Source: an uncultured Dysgonomonas sp. (GTDB taxonomy: Bacteria > Bacteroidota > Bacteroidia > Bacteroidales > Dysgonomonadaceae). Taken from it: a DNA stretch of 64,000 nucleotides. Of this stretch, positions 37,980-46,880 are shown in pieces. Both the position numbers and the translations under genes were made by a program. Within the stretch, counting starts at the first letter, position 1; every line of letters begins with the position of its first letter. Under the pieces are notes generated by a model, which was given only the letters and a program-made list of their open reading frames with translations, searched no databases and was not told where the DNA came from. The DNA is taken from positions 1,170,871 to 1,234,870 of the forward strand of contig NZ_LT599032.1 of assembly GCF_900079725.1 (NCBI RefSeq). Reading direction: 5' to 3'.

Positions 37980-38849
37980 ATGGATAAGACCCAGACAGCT
38001 CAAAAGGCATCTATTTTTAGTATAATAGGTAATACTCTTTTAGCGGTATGTAAATGGCTGGCCGGATATTTTGGAAATTCCTATGCCCTGATTGCCGACG
38101 CTATTGAATCCACCGCCGATATATTTTCTTCCATCCTCGTTCTCTTAGGCTTAAAGTATGCAAGTAAACCTGCCGATGAAGATCATCCTTACGGGCATGG
38201 CCGTATAGAGCCGCTTGTAACATTTGCTGTTGTTGGTTTTCTTATCGTTTCGGCTACAATTATTGCTATTGAAAGTATAGAGAATATACGCACACCTCAC
38301 GAAGGCCCCAAACTATTTACATTATTCGTATTGGGAGCAATTATATTATGGAAAGAGGCTTCTTACAGATGGGTAATAAGAAAAGCAAAACAAACAGACA
38401 GCACATCTCTCAAAGCCGATGCCTGGCATCACCGCAGCGATGCTATTACTTCTGTCGCGGCTTTTATAGGAATATCCATCGCTATTTATAAAGGAGAAGG
38501 GTATGAATCAGCTGACGATTGGGCTGCATTATTCGCAGCATTTATTATTCTCTATAATAGCTATCGCATACTGAAACCCGCATGGGGAGAAATGATGGAT
38601 AAAGATATGTATACAGATATGGCCAACGATATCAGCAACTTTTCCAAAATGGTAGACGGTGTGGTAAATACCGAAAAGTGCCACATCCGCAAAACGGGAA
38701 TGTCTTACTATGTAGATTTACACATCATTGTGGATAAGAACATTACAGTAAAAGAGGGTCATGACATAGCCCACGAACTTAAGCGCAGGCTAATAACCCA
38801 CAAGCCGGAAATAGCTGATATACTCATACATGTAGAGCCTTCAAGATAA
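37980..38849 (+). CDS. cation diffusion facilitator (CDF) family metal efflux transporter
   Basis: 289 aa with six TM helices. Motifs SYALIADAIESTADIF and HHRSDAITS, plus a C-terminal cytoplasmic domain (HVEP). Confidence 0.9.
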   Translation: MDKTQTAQKASIFSIIGNTLLAVCKWLAGYFGNSYALIADAIESTADIFSSILVLLGLKYASKPADEDHPYGHGRIEPLVTFAVVGFLIVSATIIAIESIENIRTPHEGPKLFTLFVLGAIILWKEASYRWVIRKAKQTDSTSLKADAWHHRSDAITSVAAFIGISIAIYKGEGYESADDWAALFAAFIILYNSYRILKPAWGEMMDKDMYTDMANDISNFSKMVDGVVNTEKCHIRKTGMSYYVDLHIIVDKNITVKEGHDIAHELKRRLITHKPEIADILIHVEPSR

Positions 38850-38853
38850 GCCT

Positions 38854-39684
38854 CTAACCTATTACAAGAGAGGTCATACTCAGCGACCCCGCAATTACTT
38901 TATCATTGAATATCCGGACAGGTTCATCTTTCTCCCTCAAAGCCAACGTATAAAGCAGCGGAATATAATGTTCGGGAGTAGGAATAGCCAGACGGGCAGC
39001 GTCATGCAAACGGGTATAATCTATCAGGGAATGGAAATCACCGTTCAATATCTTATCTTTGAATAAGTCGTTCAGCTCGAAAGCCCAATCATAACCATAT
39101 TCCGTATTGAAATCATCCCCTTCGACGCGTACCATCCTCAGGTTATGTATCATATTTCCACTGCCTATCACCAAAACGCCTTTGCGACGCAGAAAAGCCA
39201 GTTCCCGTCCCAGATCATAATGATATCGCATTCCTTTGAAATGGTCGATACTCATCTGCACTACCGGGATATCCGCCAAAGGATAAATATGTTTCAACAC
39301 GCTCCAGCTACCGTGGTCGAGTCCCCATTCGTAATCTTCTCCGATGGCAACATCGTTTATACGTTCTCTTACTAACTCCGCCAGCTCTTTCGATCCCCGG
39401 GCAGGGTACTGTTGGGCAAACAATTCACGGGGAAAGCCATAGAAATCGTGTATAGTCTTAGGTTCACTCATGGCAGTAACGAAAGTTCCACGTGTTTCCC
39501 AATGAGCTGAAATACAAAGGATAGCCTGCGGTTGCGGAAGGTCTTGCCCCAAGCTCGTCCATGCCTGTACAAACTCATTATCCTCAACGGCATTCATGGG
39601 TGTGCCATGCCCTACAAATACAACCGGCATAAGCGGTGTATCGTGAAACTGCATGGCTTGTTTATGTAAGTCTTTTAGTGTCAT
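38854..39684 (-). CDS. ygiD: 4,5-DOPA dioxygenase extradiol (class III extradiol dioxygenase, YgiD-like)
   Basis: 276 aa with motifs VFVGHGTPMNA, ISAHWET and GSGNMIHNL. Confidence 0.85.
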   Translation of the reverse strand: MTLKDLHKQAMQFHDTPLMPVVFVGHGTPMNAVEDNEFVQAWTSLGQDLPQPQAILCISAHWETRGTFVTAMSEPKTIHDFYGFPRELFAQQYPARGSKELAELVRERINDVAIGEDYEWGLDHGSWSVLKHIYPLADIPVVQMSIDHFKGMRYHYDLGRELAFLRRKGVLVIGSGNMIHNLRMVRVEGDDFNTEYGYDWAFELNDLFKDKILNGDFHSLIDYTRLHDAARLAIPTPEHYIPLLYTLALREKDEPVRIFNDKVIAGSLSMTSLVIG

Positions 39685-39727
39685 AAATCTATGTTATTTA
39701 AGCTAATCAGTGGATGAATTTTAACGC

Positions 39728-40255
39728 TCTATTTTTTCTAACGCGCCTGCTGTCTTGTTTTTCATTTTGCCTTGATGCAAAACGAAACAAAAAATCAAGG
39801 CTGCATCCCCCGGCGACCCAAAGCCGCAGCTTCGGTGGGGCAAAATAATACGGAATCATCTTTAGCCAGATTATCAACAGGGTATAGCAGCTACCGTATT
39901 TTGCCCTACACCTCCGCTTTACGGATTGGGTGCCCCGCCTGCGGGACGAGGCCGGAATCGCGATGCGACGACAGGACAAAGGCTCTCCGGGCTTTAGCCG
40001 CACGTGCGTCAGCAGCGCCGTTAGCTTTAAGTACGGGGCACCCATAGGACGAAAAAGGCGTTAAAAACAAAAACGTGTTTGAACTTATCCGCTGATGCGT
40101 ATTATATACATCCCGGAGCGAGTTTTTTTGTTTAGCCTTTGAGTCCGTTATGGGTCGGACATTGAAGCGGGGCGCTAAAGCATTTTTGGTTCCTTTTGGG
40201 GCTTAGGCCAAAAGGAATGCAAGCAATTTTAATTGCGCGCAGTAGAAAAATAGAA
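39728..40255. ncRNA. candidate large structured RNA or RNA-carrying miniature element (unclassified GC-rich island)
   Basis: About 58% GC by hand count over 39801-40040, against AT-rich flanks. Only mirror-image, non-coding-like ORFs cover it. There are many perfect helices, including an 11-bp long-range pairing (39927-39937 / 40034-40044), a cUUCGg loop at 39830-39835, and a 10-bp hairpin at 40190-40217. Imperfect inverted repeats bound it at 39728-39746 and 40235-40255. Strand is unresolved. The UUCG loop and one G-U weakly favour plus. Confidence 0.4.
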
Positions 40256-40310
40256 CATTTTTATACGACAATAATCTCTTCAACTACTTACTGGCAGAAT
40301 TTATAAAATA

Positions 40311-40338
40311 ACGGCCTTGACACTATAGTCAAAGCCGT
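40311..40338 (-). terminator. terminator after yceI-like gene (minus strand)
   Basis: ACGGCCTTGAC (40311-40321) pairs with GTCAAAGCCGT (40328-40338). The single mismatch becomes a G-U only on the minus strand, and a U-rich run follows on that strand. Confidence 0.6.
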
Positions 40339-40364
40339 ATATAATAAAAATACCGTTTAATGTA

Positions 40365-41021
40365 TTATTGAGCCGCTTTTGCTACAACTGTTATCTGCAA
40401 TTCGATATTATCGTTTACAATATTTTCTTTCAGATTGGCAAACAAAGTTTTTGAACCATATTTTACATTCCATTGAGTACGGTCGATAGTAAACGGAACG
40501 GTAACGGCCTTATACAATTCACCTTCTTTTGTAACTTTTGCACCGAAAGAGATATTCTTTTCCACATCTTTCAGCTTCAGATTTCCGCTAACCGTATAGT
40601 TTACACTGTCGTTTGGCGTTGCCAGAGCCTCTACTTTAGTAATAGTGAAAGTACTTTCAGGATATTTTGCAACATCGAAGAAATCTTCACTCTTCAGGTG
40701 ATTTACCAACATTTCGTTCATCTTAGCTTCAGTAAGATCTTCATCTACAATTGCATTCATATCTATTACGAACGAACCCGAAGCCACTGCCTCTCCATTA
40801 ACAGCAAGGCTACCACTCTTTATACCGATTGTTCCGTGATGAGAACCTCCTACTTTAGATCCTACCCAATGAATAGATGAAGCTGAAGGGTCTACCGTTA
40901 GTTCAACTCCGGTTCCCGATGCTGCTGCCTGAGCGTCTGTACCTTCCACTTTATTTTTAGCAGCGTTGTTGCACGATGCTACGAATATCAATGATGCGAT
41001 TGCCAATAAATATGTTTTCAT
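40365..41021 (-). CDS. YceI-family periplasmic lipid/polyisoprenoid-binding lipoprotein
   Basis: 218 aa with lipobox (VASC). YceI-like motifs SSIHWVGSKVGGSHHGTIGIKSGSL and FTIDRTQW. Confidence 0.85.
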   Translation of the reverse strand: MKTYLLAIASLIFVASCNNAAKNKVEGTDAQAAASGTGVELTVDPSASSIHWVGSKVGGSHHGTIGIKSGSLAVNGEAVASGSFVIDMNAIVDEDLTEAKMNEMLVNHLKSEDFFDVAKYPESTFTITKVEALATPNDSVNYTVSGNLKLKDVEKNISFGAKVTKEGELYKAVTVPFTIDRTQWNVKYGSKTLFANLKENIVNDNIELQITVVAKAAQ

Positions 41022-41071
41022 TTTTAATTTCCTTTTTTAATATTAATATAATTTTTGATTTAAATATGTCG

Positions 41072-41079
41072 CAAAGTTA
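41072..41079 (-). promoter_or_regulatory. candidate -7 box (TAacTTTG on minus strand) for the YceI-like gene
   Basis: Plus-strand CAAAGTTA lies 50 bp upstream of the ATG at 41021. Confidence 0.4.
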
Positions 41080-41242
41080 AAATACTTTATTCTATTATCA
41101 AAATAGTTATATTGATATATAATTATAAAAAAATTAATAGATTTGCAGAATAAATCAATTAAATAAATATCTATAACTAAAGAGTAAACAGATTTGATAT
41201 ACGACATGTTCACTCTATAAAACTATAAATCAGAATTATTTT

Positions 41243-42154
41243 ATGGTCAATCTGGAATGGTACAGAACATTCAAAGCAATCTATCAGTACGGAACACTAA
41301 CACGGGCCGCGCAAGAGTTGATGATATCCCAACCTAATATGAGCATCCAACTGGCGTCGTTGGAAAGCTATATCGGACAACAGTTATTTGTAAGGCTGCC
41401 CCGGAAAATGATGCCCACCGAATATGGCAAACAGCTCTATACACAAATAGTGGAATCGATAGACAATCTGGAGCGGGTAGAAACCGAATTTAAGCGTACC
41501 GTTCTGAATAAGGCCCCTAGCATTCGTTTAGGTACACCTGCCGAAATCTTTAATGATTATCTGGCCGAACATGTAGGTAATCAGAAAGACCTCCATCTTA
41601 CAGTAGAATATGGTCTTGCCGATACTCTGACCGAAAAAGTTATCAGCCATGATCTCGATATAGCCATAATCACACGACAGAATAAATCGGCGGATAATCT
41701 TACCTATGAAGCCTTATTCACCGAATCGTTTATGATTGTATGCAATCCGGCTATGGATACGACTGATTTTGATGCCTGTGCAGAAAAGAATAATGTAGAA
41801 GATATAGAGAAATGGCTTAAGACTCAGAAATGGATTGCGTACAGTACTGATCTGGCATTAGTCAGAAGATTCTGGCGGGAGAATTTCAAGAAACGTCCTA
41901 TACTCAAACTACATGCCACTATACCCGACAATGACGCCATACTACGGGCCGTAGGAAATAGTGATGTACTGGCTGCATCGTCCGACTTAATTGCCGGCAA
42001 AGCCCTGGAGAAAGGATTAGTAAAAATACTCTGGAAAGGAAATATACCTGCAACAAATACTCTTTATCTGGCATACAATAAGGATAAAATACAACCCCAA
42101 TATGTAGAAAAAGTAAGAACCTTTATAAAAACATATATCAACACTACTGATTAA
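41243..42154 (+). CDS. LysR-family transcriptional regulator
   Basis: 303 aa. N-terminal HTH (FKAIYQYGTLTRAAQELMISQPNMSIQLASLE) and a LysR substrate-binding domain. Confidence 0.85.
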   Translation: MVNLEWYRTFKAIYQYGTLTRAAQELMISQPNMSIQLASLESYIGQQLFVRLPRKMMPTEYGKQLYTQIVESIDNLERVETEFKRTVLNKAPSIRLGTPAEIFNDYLAEHVGNQKDLHLTVEYGLADTLTEKVISHDLDIAIITRQNKSADNLTYEALFTESFMIVCNPAMDTTDFDACAEKNNVEDIEKWLKTQKWIAYSTDLALVRRFWRENFKKRPILKLHATIPDNDAILRAVGNSDVLAASSDLIAGKALEKGLVKILWKGNIPATNTLYLAYNKDKIQPQYVEKVRTFIKTYINTTD

Positions 42155-42168
42155 ATGCTACCTGCCAT

Positions 42169-42960
42169 ATGAAATATATATCAATATCCATACCATTCTT
42201 GTTCACATCCTGTAATGTAAGTTCTATCGCCGGATTCGGTATAGCAGGTATTATTGCCATGTTTGTACTGATGTTTATACTCTTTGCCGTCATGTTTTTC
42301 CTGATTGCAAAAAGGCGTAAACAAGGGGAAAAAAGTCTGGTAAAATTTAACAATGACGTCTATATTGCACTCAATAAGCTATCCGCTCCTCAGCAGAAAA
42401 TAAATATGCTGACCAATCTTATAGAACGCATCAATAACGATCAGAAATATAAGAAAGATACTGAATGGCGGGACAAAGTACTGGTAAAAACATATATGCA
42501 CCTTGCTACTATTTATTACCAGACCGGCAACGAAATGGAGACACTTAATACCTGTACTAAAATTATAGAACTCGATCCTAAAGACGGAATGGCGTATTAC
42601 AACAGAGGTTCTATTTACAGTAATATCGGATTATATGAAAAAGCTCTGAATGACTTTAACCGGACTATAGAATTGCTACCCGACTACGCCAGCGCCTACA
42701 ATAACAGGGGGCTTACCCATGAAAAAATGGAGCATTACGAAGAGGCTATAGCCGATTTTAATGAAGCTATAAAGTTAGAAGGTTCACCTGTAGCCTTGTA
42801 CAACAGAGGAAACACACATTACGAACTGGACAATTACCAAGAGGCCTTGAAAGATTACCAGTCGGCACTGAAAAATCTCGATACAGACGGCGATAGCGAT
42901 ATGAAGAATGATATAGAAATCAGCATACGCGCAACAAAAGAAAAGATAGCTGATATATAA
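42169..42960 (+). CDS. membrane-anchored TPR-repeat protein
   Basis: 263 aa. TM helix (IAGIIAMFVLMFILFAVMFFLIA) followed by four or five TPR units (AYYNRGSIYSNIGLYEKALNDFNRTIEL and similar). Confidence 0.8.
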   Translation: MKYISISIPFLFTSCNVSSIAGFGIAGIIAMFVLMFILFAVMFFLIAKRRKQGEKSLVKFNNDVYIALNKLSAPQQKINMLTNLIERINNDQKYKKDTEWRDKVLVKTYMHLATIYYQTGNEMETLNTCTKIIELDPKDGMAYYNRGSIYSNIGLYEKALNDFNRTIELLPDYASAYNNRGLTHEKMEHYEEAIADFNEAIKLEGSPVALYNRGNTHYELDNYQEALKDYQSALKNLDTDGDSDMKNDIEISIRATKEKIADI

Positions 42961-43105
42961 AATTAATGAAAGCATAGGTGCTATCTATACTCCAAAGTTG
43001 TCTGTTCGGTTTAAAAAGTATAATTTTGCACATCTTTTTCAGATCAGACCTCTTATTATCTGGAAACATCCTGTATCTTACATTGAAAATATTTAATCAT
43101 CCATA

Positions 43106-44380
43106 ATGAAAAATAATATATCCGATTTTGAAATAATGGCACCTGTAGGGTCATACGACTCTCTTTCTGCAGCCATACAAGGAGGAGCTGATTCTATATA
43201 CTTCGGCATCGAAGGACTGAATATGCGTGCCAGGTCATCCAATAATTTCACTATCGACGATCTGAAACAAATAGCATCTATATGTAAGGAGAAGGGGCTC
43301 AAAAGTTATCTTACAGTCAATACCATTATCTATGATAATGATATTTCATTGATGCATCAGATAGTAAACGCCGCCAAAGAAGCCGGATTATCAGCTATCA
43401 TCGCGTCCGATGTATCGGTAATGATGTACGCCCGTAGTATAGGTGTGGAAGTACACCTTTCCACCCAATTGAATATTACCAATACAGAAGCATTGAAGTT
43501 CTACGGACAGTTTGCCGATGTGGTGGTATTAGCCCGCGAACTGAATCTCGATCAGGTAGCAGCTATCTATAGAGACATTGTAGAACAGAATATAAAAGGT
43601 CCTAACGGGGATCTTATCCGCATTGAGATGTTCTCACACGGCGCGCTCTGTATGGCCGTATCGGGCAAATGCTACCTCAGCCTGCACGAACGTGACCTGT
43701 CGGCAAACCGTGGTGCATGCAACCAGATATGCCGCCGCAGCTATATTGTAAAAGATAAAGAAACGGATATAGAGCTTGAGATAGATAACGAATATATCAT
43801 GTCGCCCAAAGACCTCAAAACAATCCACTTCATGAATAAGATGATGGATGCAGGTGTACGTGTATTCAAAATAGAAGGACGAGCCCGCGGTCCGGAATAT
43901 GTGCGTACCGTAGTAGAATGTTACAAGGAGGCCATAAAAGCCTATTGTGAAGGTACATTCACTGAAGAAAAAGTTGAGAACTGGGATGAACGGCTGGCTA
44001 CTGTTTTCAACCGTGGATTCTGGGATGGTTACTACCTGGGGCAAAGACTCGGCGAATGGTCCAGTAATTACGGCTCGGGGGCGACCAAACGGAAAGTGTA
44101 TATTGCTAAAGGAATCAAATACTTCTCCAATCTGGGCGTAGCAGAATTTCTGATGGAAACCCAGTCGCTGAAAGTCGGAGACGAAATATTGATTACAGGG
44201 CCCACTACCGGAGCCGTCTTTCAAACAATAGAAGAGATTCGTGTTGACCTCAAATCTGTTGAAGAAACAGTTAAAGGCGAGAAATTTTCTATAAAAGTGA
44301 ATGATAAAATCCGCCCGTCGGATAAGCTTTTCAAGCTCGTAAAAGTGGAACGGAAAAAGAAATTTGTAGAGAAAGTATAA
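43106..44380 (+). CDS. peptidase U32 family protein (RlhA/TrhP-type RNA hydroxylation enzyme family)
   Basis: 424 aa. U32 signature region (EMFSHGALCMAVSGKCYLS...ANRGACNQICRR) and a C-terminal beta-barrel domain. Confidence 0.85.
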   Translation: MKNNISDFEIMAPVGSYDSLSAAIQGGADSIYFGIEGLNMRARSSNNFTIDDLKQIASICKEKGLKSYLTVNTIIYDNDISLMHQIVNAAKEAGLSAIIASDVSVMMYARSIGVEVHLSTQLNITNTEALKFYGQFADVVVLARELNLDQVAAIYRDIVEQNIKGPNGDLIRIEMFSHGALCMAVSGKCYLSLHERDLSANRGACNQICRRSYIVKDKETDIELEIDNEYIMSPKDLKTIHFMNKMMDAGVRVFKIEGRARGPEYVRTVVECYKEAIKAYCEGTFTEEKVENWDERLATVFNRGFWDGYYLGQRLGEWSSNYGSGATKRKVYIAKGIKYFSNLGVAEFLMETQSLKVGDEILITGPTTGAVFQTIEEIRVDLKSVEETVKGEKFSIKVNDKIRPSDKLFKLVKVERKKKFVEKV

Positions 44381-44384
44381 TAAA

Positions 44385-44420
44385 AAGGCTGCCCCATTAG
44401 CAATTGAGGCAGCCTTTTAC
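44385..44420. terminator. bidirectional terminator hairpin between convergent genes
   Basis: AAGGCTGCC (44385-44393) pairs with GGCAGCCTT (44408-44416). A A/T runs lie on both sides. Confidence 0.7.
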
Positions 44421-44422
44421 TT

Positions 44423-46261
44423 TTATTCTTTACATCCTACCATGTAGAAACCCGGAGTCTTAGCCCCATCTGTAGTAATTCCATATAGCTCTGTTATCTT
44501 GCCATCTTGCGGTTTTATCTTACTCCTGTCAAAAAAGACTTTCCCATAACGGCATTTATCCATAAATTTATTCCATGAATATTTCTTACCGTCTATTACA
44601 TACCAATAAATACGAAGATAACCCGACTTATTCCCGTCTGCTTTCTTATTGAATGACCTTGGGAAAACTGTAGTTTTGTTTTCCAAATCTCGTGCGTCAC
44701 TCATCATCACTACTTCAAACTTACCTGTCGGAGGATTACCGATTCTTGCTTCTGATTTATAGCCGGTGTCATCTATATATTGGCTGAGAACCTTACTTAC
44801 ACTGTCTCTTTGTTGCTTCGTATTCACAACGCCTTTATGATAGTATCGAGAAGGCGGCGAAGGCGGAGCAAAACGGACAACATCAAATACAGGAGACGAT
44901 TTAGTACCATCCTTGCTAACTATCTGACACTTAAAAGGCTTCTTTGGATCCATAGGTTTTGTAACCACCAGTTTTTCCCGGCCTTCTTCATATTCATATT
45001 TTGTACCATTCACCACTAGATACACATGCGACCTATCAGGAGATTTTCCATCTATAAACATTTCCCTGAGATATTCGGGAGACTTCATGCCGGTATTGAA
45101 GACGCCTTGCATCTTTATTACTTTACCTTTGGCAAAAGGCACATATTCCGGTTCCATTATCTCCACACTATTAGCCTTCAATTCTTTATATTCGGCATCG
45201 GAGACTTTCACTCCGTCTACTGTATAGTAAGCCGGATTGTAATTGTCAGGCTTCCCCTTCTTCTGATAATCTTCACCTGTATCTTCCGCAATTTTTGTTT
45301 TCTGCAAAATATTTGTACTTTCGTAATTGATGAGTGTATTTAATGGCTCATTTACTGAAGGCCGGGCAAAAGCGTATACAGTAAGTATAGCTAACGGGAG
45401 CAATAATAAGAGCTTCAACCGTGCCCATTTGTTTGATTTTTCTTTTAACATCATAGTAATTCGTTTTTTAATTTTACTGTGGTTAAAGCTGTTGGCTAGA
45501 GTGTAGGAGCTTGCGCCAACGGCTTTTTTCACTAATAGGAGTTGATATTTTGTTGCATCGATACCGGATTCTAAAACACTTATATCGGCCTGATATTCGT
45601 GTATATCTTTCAATTCCCTTTTCAACAGCCATACAGCCGGATTGAACCATTGTACAAGGACAACCAGTTCCATATAAATCAGGTCAATAGAATGCCGATG
45701 CCTGATATGAGCCATCTCATGCGTTATAATTTCAGAAGAATTACCGGCATAATCCGCTTCTGACAAAACAATGTATTTACCCCAGCTAAAGGGATTTATA
45801 TCGGAAGAAACGACAACAAATATATACCGGTCCTGTACAATCTTACGTCCCCCCCGGATAAGGCGATACATCGAATAAATAGACCTGATCAGTATTATCA
45901 GATTAACTCCGCCACCTATCAGGTATATAAGCAGCAATACCATACCAATTGACACTGCCGGATTCTCAGGTTCAGACAAGGGAGGTAATACACTCACTTC
46001 ATATTGATATAATTCCGGATGAGAAGATTCTTCAACAGGAACAAGGGCCTCTTCTATGAGGACAAAGGGTTTCTGAATAGTACTGTATTCTTGAATATCC
46101 ATCTCTGCCAGAGGCAAAGTAAAGCATGCCAGCGTACCAATAAGGATAACCGCGCGATTGAAACGATGAAAAGTTTCATTCGTAAGAATAGCTCTCACCC
46201 AAATGTAAAATAGAGTAAGACACACAGTGACTTTGAATATATAGAGAAGAAATGCTTCCAT
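44423..46261 (-). CDS. BlaR1/MecR1-type M56 peptidase signal transducer with a non-PBP C-terminal domain
   Basis: 612 aa. TM helices and the zinc motif HEMAHIRHRHS, a further TM helix, then about 300 aa of extracytoplasmic domain with no SxxK/KTG penicillin-binding motifs. Confidence 0.8.
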   Translation of the reverse strand: MEAFLLYIFKVTVCLTLFYIWVRAILTNETFHRFNRAVILIGTLACFTLPLAEMDIQEYSTIQKPFVLIEEALVPVEESSHPELYQYEVSVLPPLSEPENPAVSIGMVLLLIYLIGGGVNLIILIRSIYSMYRLIRGGRKIVQDRYIFVVVSSDINPFSWGKYIVLSEADYAGNSSEIITHEMAHIRHRHSIDLIYMELVVLVQWFNPAVWLLKRELKDIHEYQADISVLESGIDATKYQLLLVKKAVGASSYTLANSFNHSKIKKRITMMLKEKSNKWARLKLLLLLPLAILTVYAFARPSVNEPLNTLINYESTNILQKTKIAEDTGEDYQKKGKPDNYNPAYYTVDGVKVSDAEYKELKANSVEIMEPEYVPFAKGKVIKMQGVFNTGMKSPEYLREMFIDGKSPDRSHVYLVVNGTKYEYEEGREKLVVTKPMDPKKPFKCQIVSKDGTKSSPVFDVVRFAPPSPPSRYYHKGVVNTKQQRDSVSKVLSQYIDDTGYKSEARIGNPPTGKFEVVMMSDARDLENKTTVFPRSFNKKADGNKSGYLRIYWYVIDGKKYSWNKFMDKCRYGKVFFDRSKIKPQDGKITELYGITTDGAKTPGFYMVGCKE

Positions 46262-46293
46262 TGTTTCCGGGATATTAAGGTATTGATACTGCC

Positions 46294-46650
46294 CTATTTA
46301 TTTTTAATCTGGCGGATTAATTCCTGCAGTTCATCTATCGATAACTTTTCTTCTTCGATCAACGATGAAACAACACGTGTATACGAATTGTCGAAATACT
46401 TATCTACTACATTGCTGAGCGAACTTTTACGGTAATCGTCTTCTGAGACCAGAGCATAGTACTGATATGTATTCCCATAAGCCTTATAGCCTATATATCC
46501 CTTTTCTTCCAGTGTACGCACAATCGTGGAAAGGGTATTATAATGGGGTTTAGGTTCTTTTTGCAAATCAAGTAATTCACGTACAAACATCGGGCCGTTA
46601 CTCCAGAAACAAGCTAGAATTTCTTCTTCTTTTTGCGTCAGTTTTTTCAT
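46294..46650 (-). CDS. BlaI/MecI/CopY-family transcriptional repressor
   Basis: 118 aa winged-helix protein (LTQKEEEILACFWSNGPMFVRELL...YNTLSTIVRTLEEKGYIGYK). Confidence 0.9.
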   Translation of the reverse strand: MKKLTQKEEEILACFWSNGPMFVRELLDLQKEPKPHYNTLSTIVRTLEEKGYIGYKAYGNTYQYYALVSEDDYRKSSLSNVVDKYFDNSYTRVVSSLIEEEKLSIDELQELIRQIKNK

Positions 46651-46679
46651 GGAAATATTCTTTTATAATAACTATACCA

Positions 46680-46687
46680 CAAACGTA
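46680..46687 (-). promoter_or_regulatory. candidate -7 box (TAcgTTTG on minus strand) for blaI-blaR1
   Basis: Plus-strand CAAACGTA lies 29 bp upstream of the ATG at 46650. Three AACTATA-type repeats and the imperfect palindrome AACTAC-T-ATAGTT (about 46728-46742) lie just upstream and could be an operator. Confidence 0.4.
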
Positions 46688-46833
46688 ACTATATTTTCCA
46701 GTAAAACAACTATAAAAAACAGTTAAACTACTATAGTTAACAATAATTAACCTTACTGTAAAGATAGAGATATTTGGCCACATACAAGAAACCAATCTAT
46801 AAATCAATCAATTACAATATATCAAAACAAAAA

Positions 46834-46866
46834 AGACCGCTAAATCAGCGGTCTTCTCATTCTATA
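46834..46866 (-). terminator. rho-independent terminator after the OmpA-family gene (minus strand)
   Basis: AGACCGC (46844-46850) pairs with GCGGTCT (46859-46865). On the minus strand TTTTTTGTTTT follows. Confidence 0.75.
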
Positions 46867-46880
46867 TATAAGTATCTCTT

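Noticed and set aside
39707-40047. ORFs 39707..40045 (minus, 112 aa) and 39772..40047 (plus, 91 aa) as protein-coding genes
   Set aside because: They are mirror-image ORFs on opposite strands of a GC-rich block. They are rich in Arg, Cys and Pro, have no recognisable motif or start context, and the region is saturated with perfect helices. I treat it as non-coding.
40004-40160. ORF-less group II intron, suggested by GTGCG at 40004 and a hairpin at 40143-40160
   Set aside because: There is no domain V consensus (AGC triad or GNRA-capped 34-nt helix) and no IEP. The region is too short, and GTGCG is part of the palindrome CGCACGTGCG.
39728-40255. Assigning the GC-rich island to a known RNA family (tmRNA, RNase P, SRP/4.5S, 6S, cobalamin, TPP or glmS riboswitch/ribozyme, group II intron, tRNA)
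   Set aside because: I looked on both strands for hallmark strings and found none convincingly. These were the tmRNA 5' GGGGCUGA and 3' CCACCA ends with a tag ORF, and the RNase P GAGGAAAGUCCGGGC / ACAGAAnCCGGCUUA blocks. I also looked for the SRP GGAA/AGCA motif, the B12 box, the TPP CUGAGA / ACCUGAUCUGGAUAAUGCCAGCG, group II GUGYG plus domain V, and tRNA T-loops. There are only weak partial resemblances, for example AAAGCCCGGAGAGCC. An Rfam scan is still needed.
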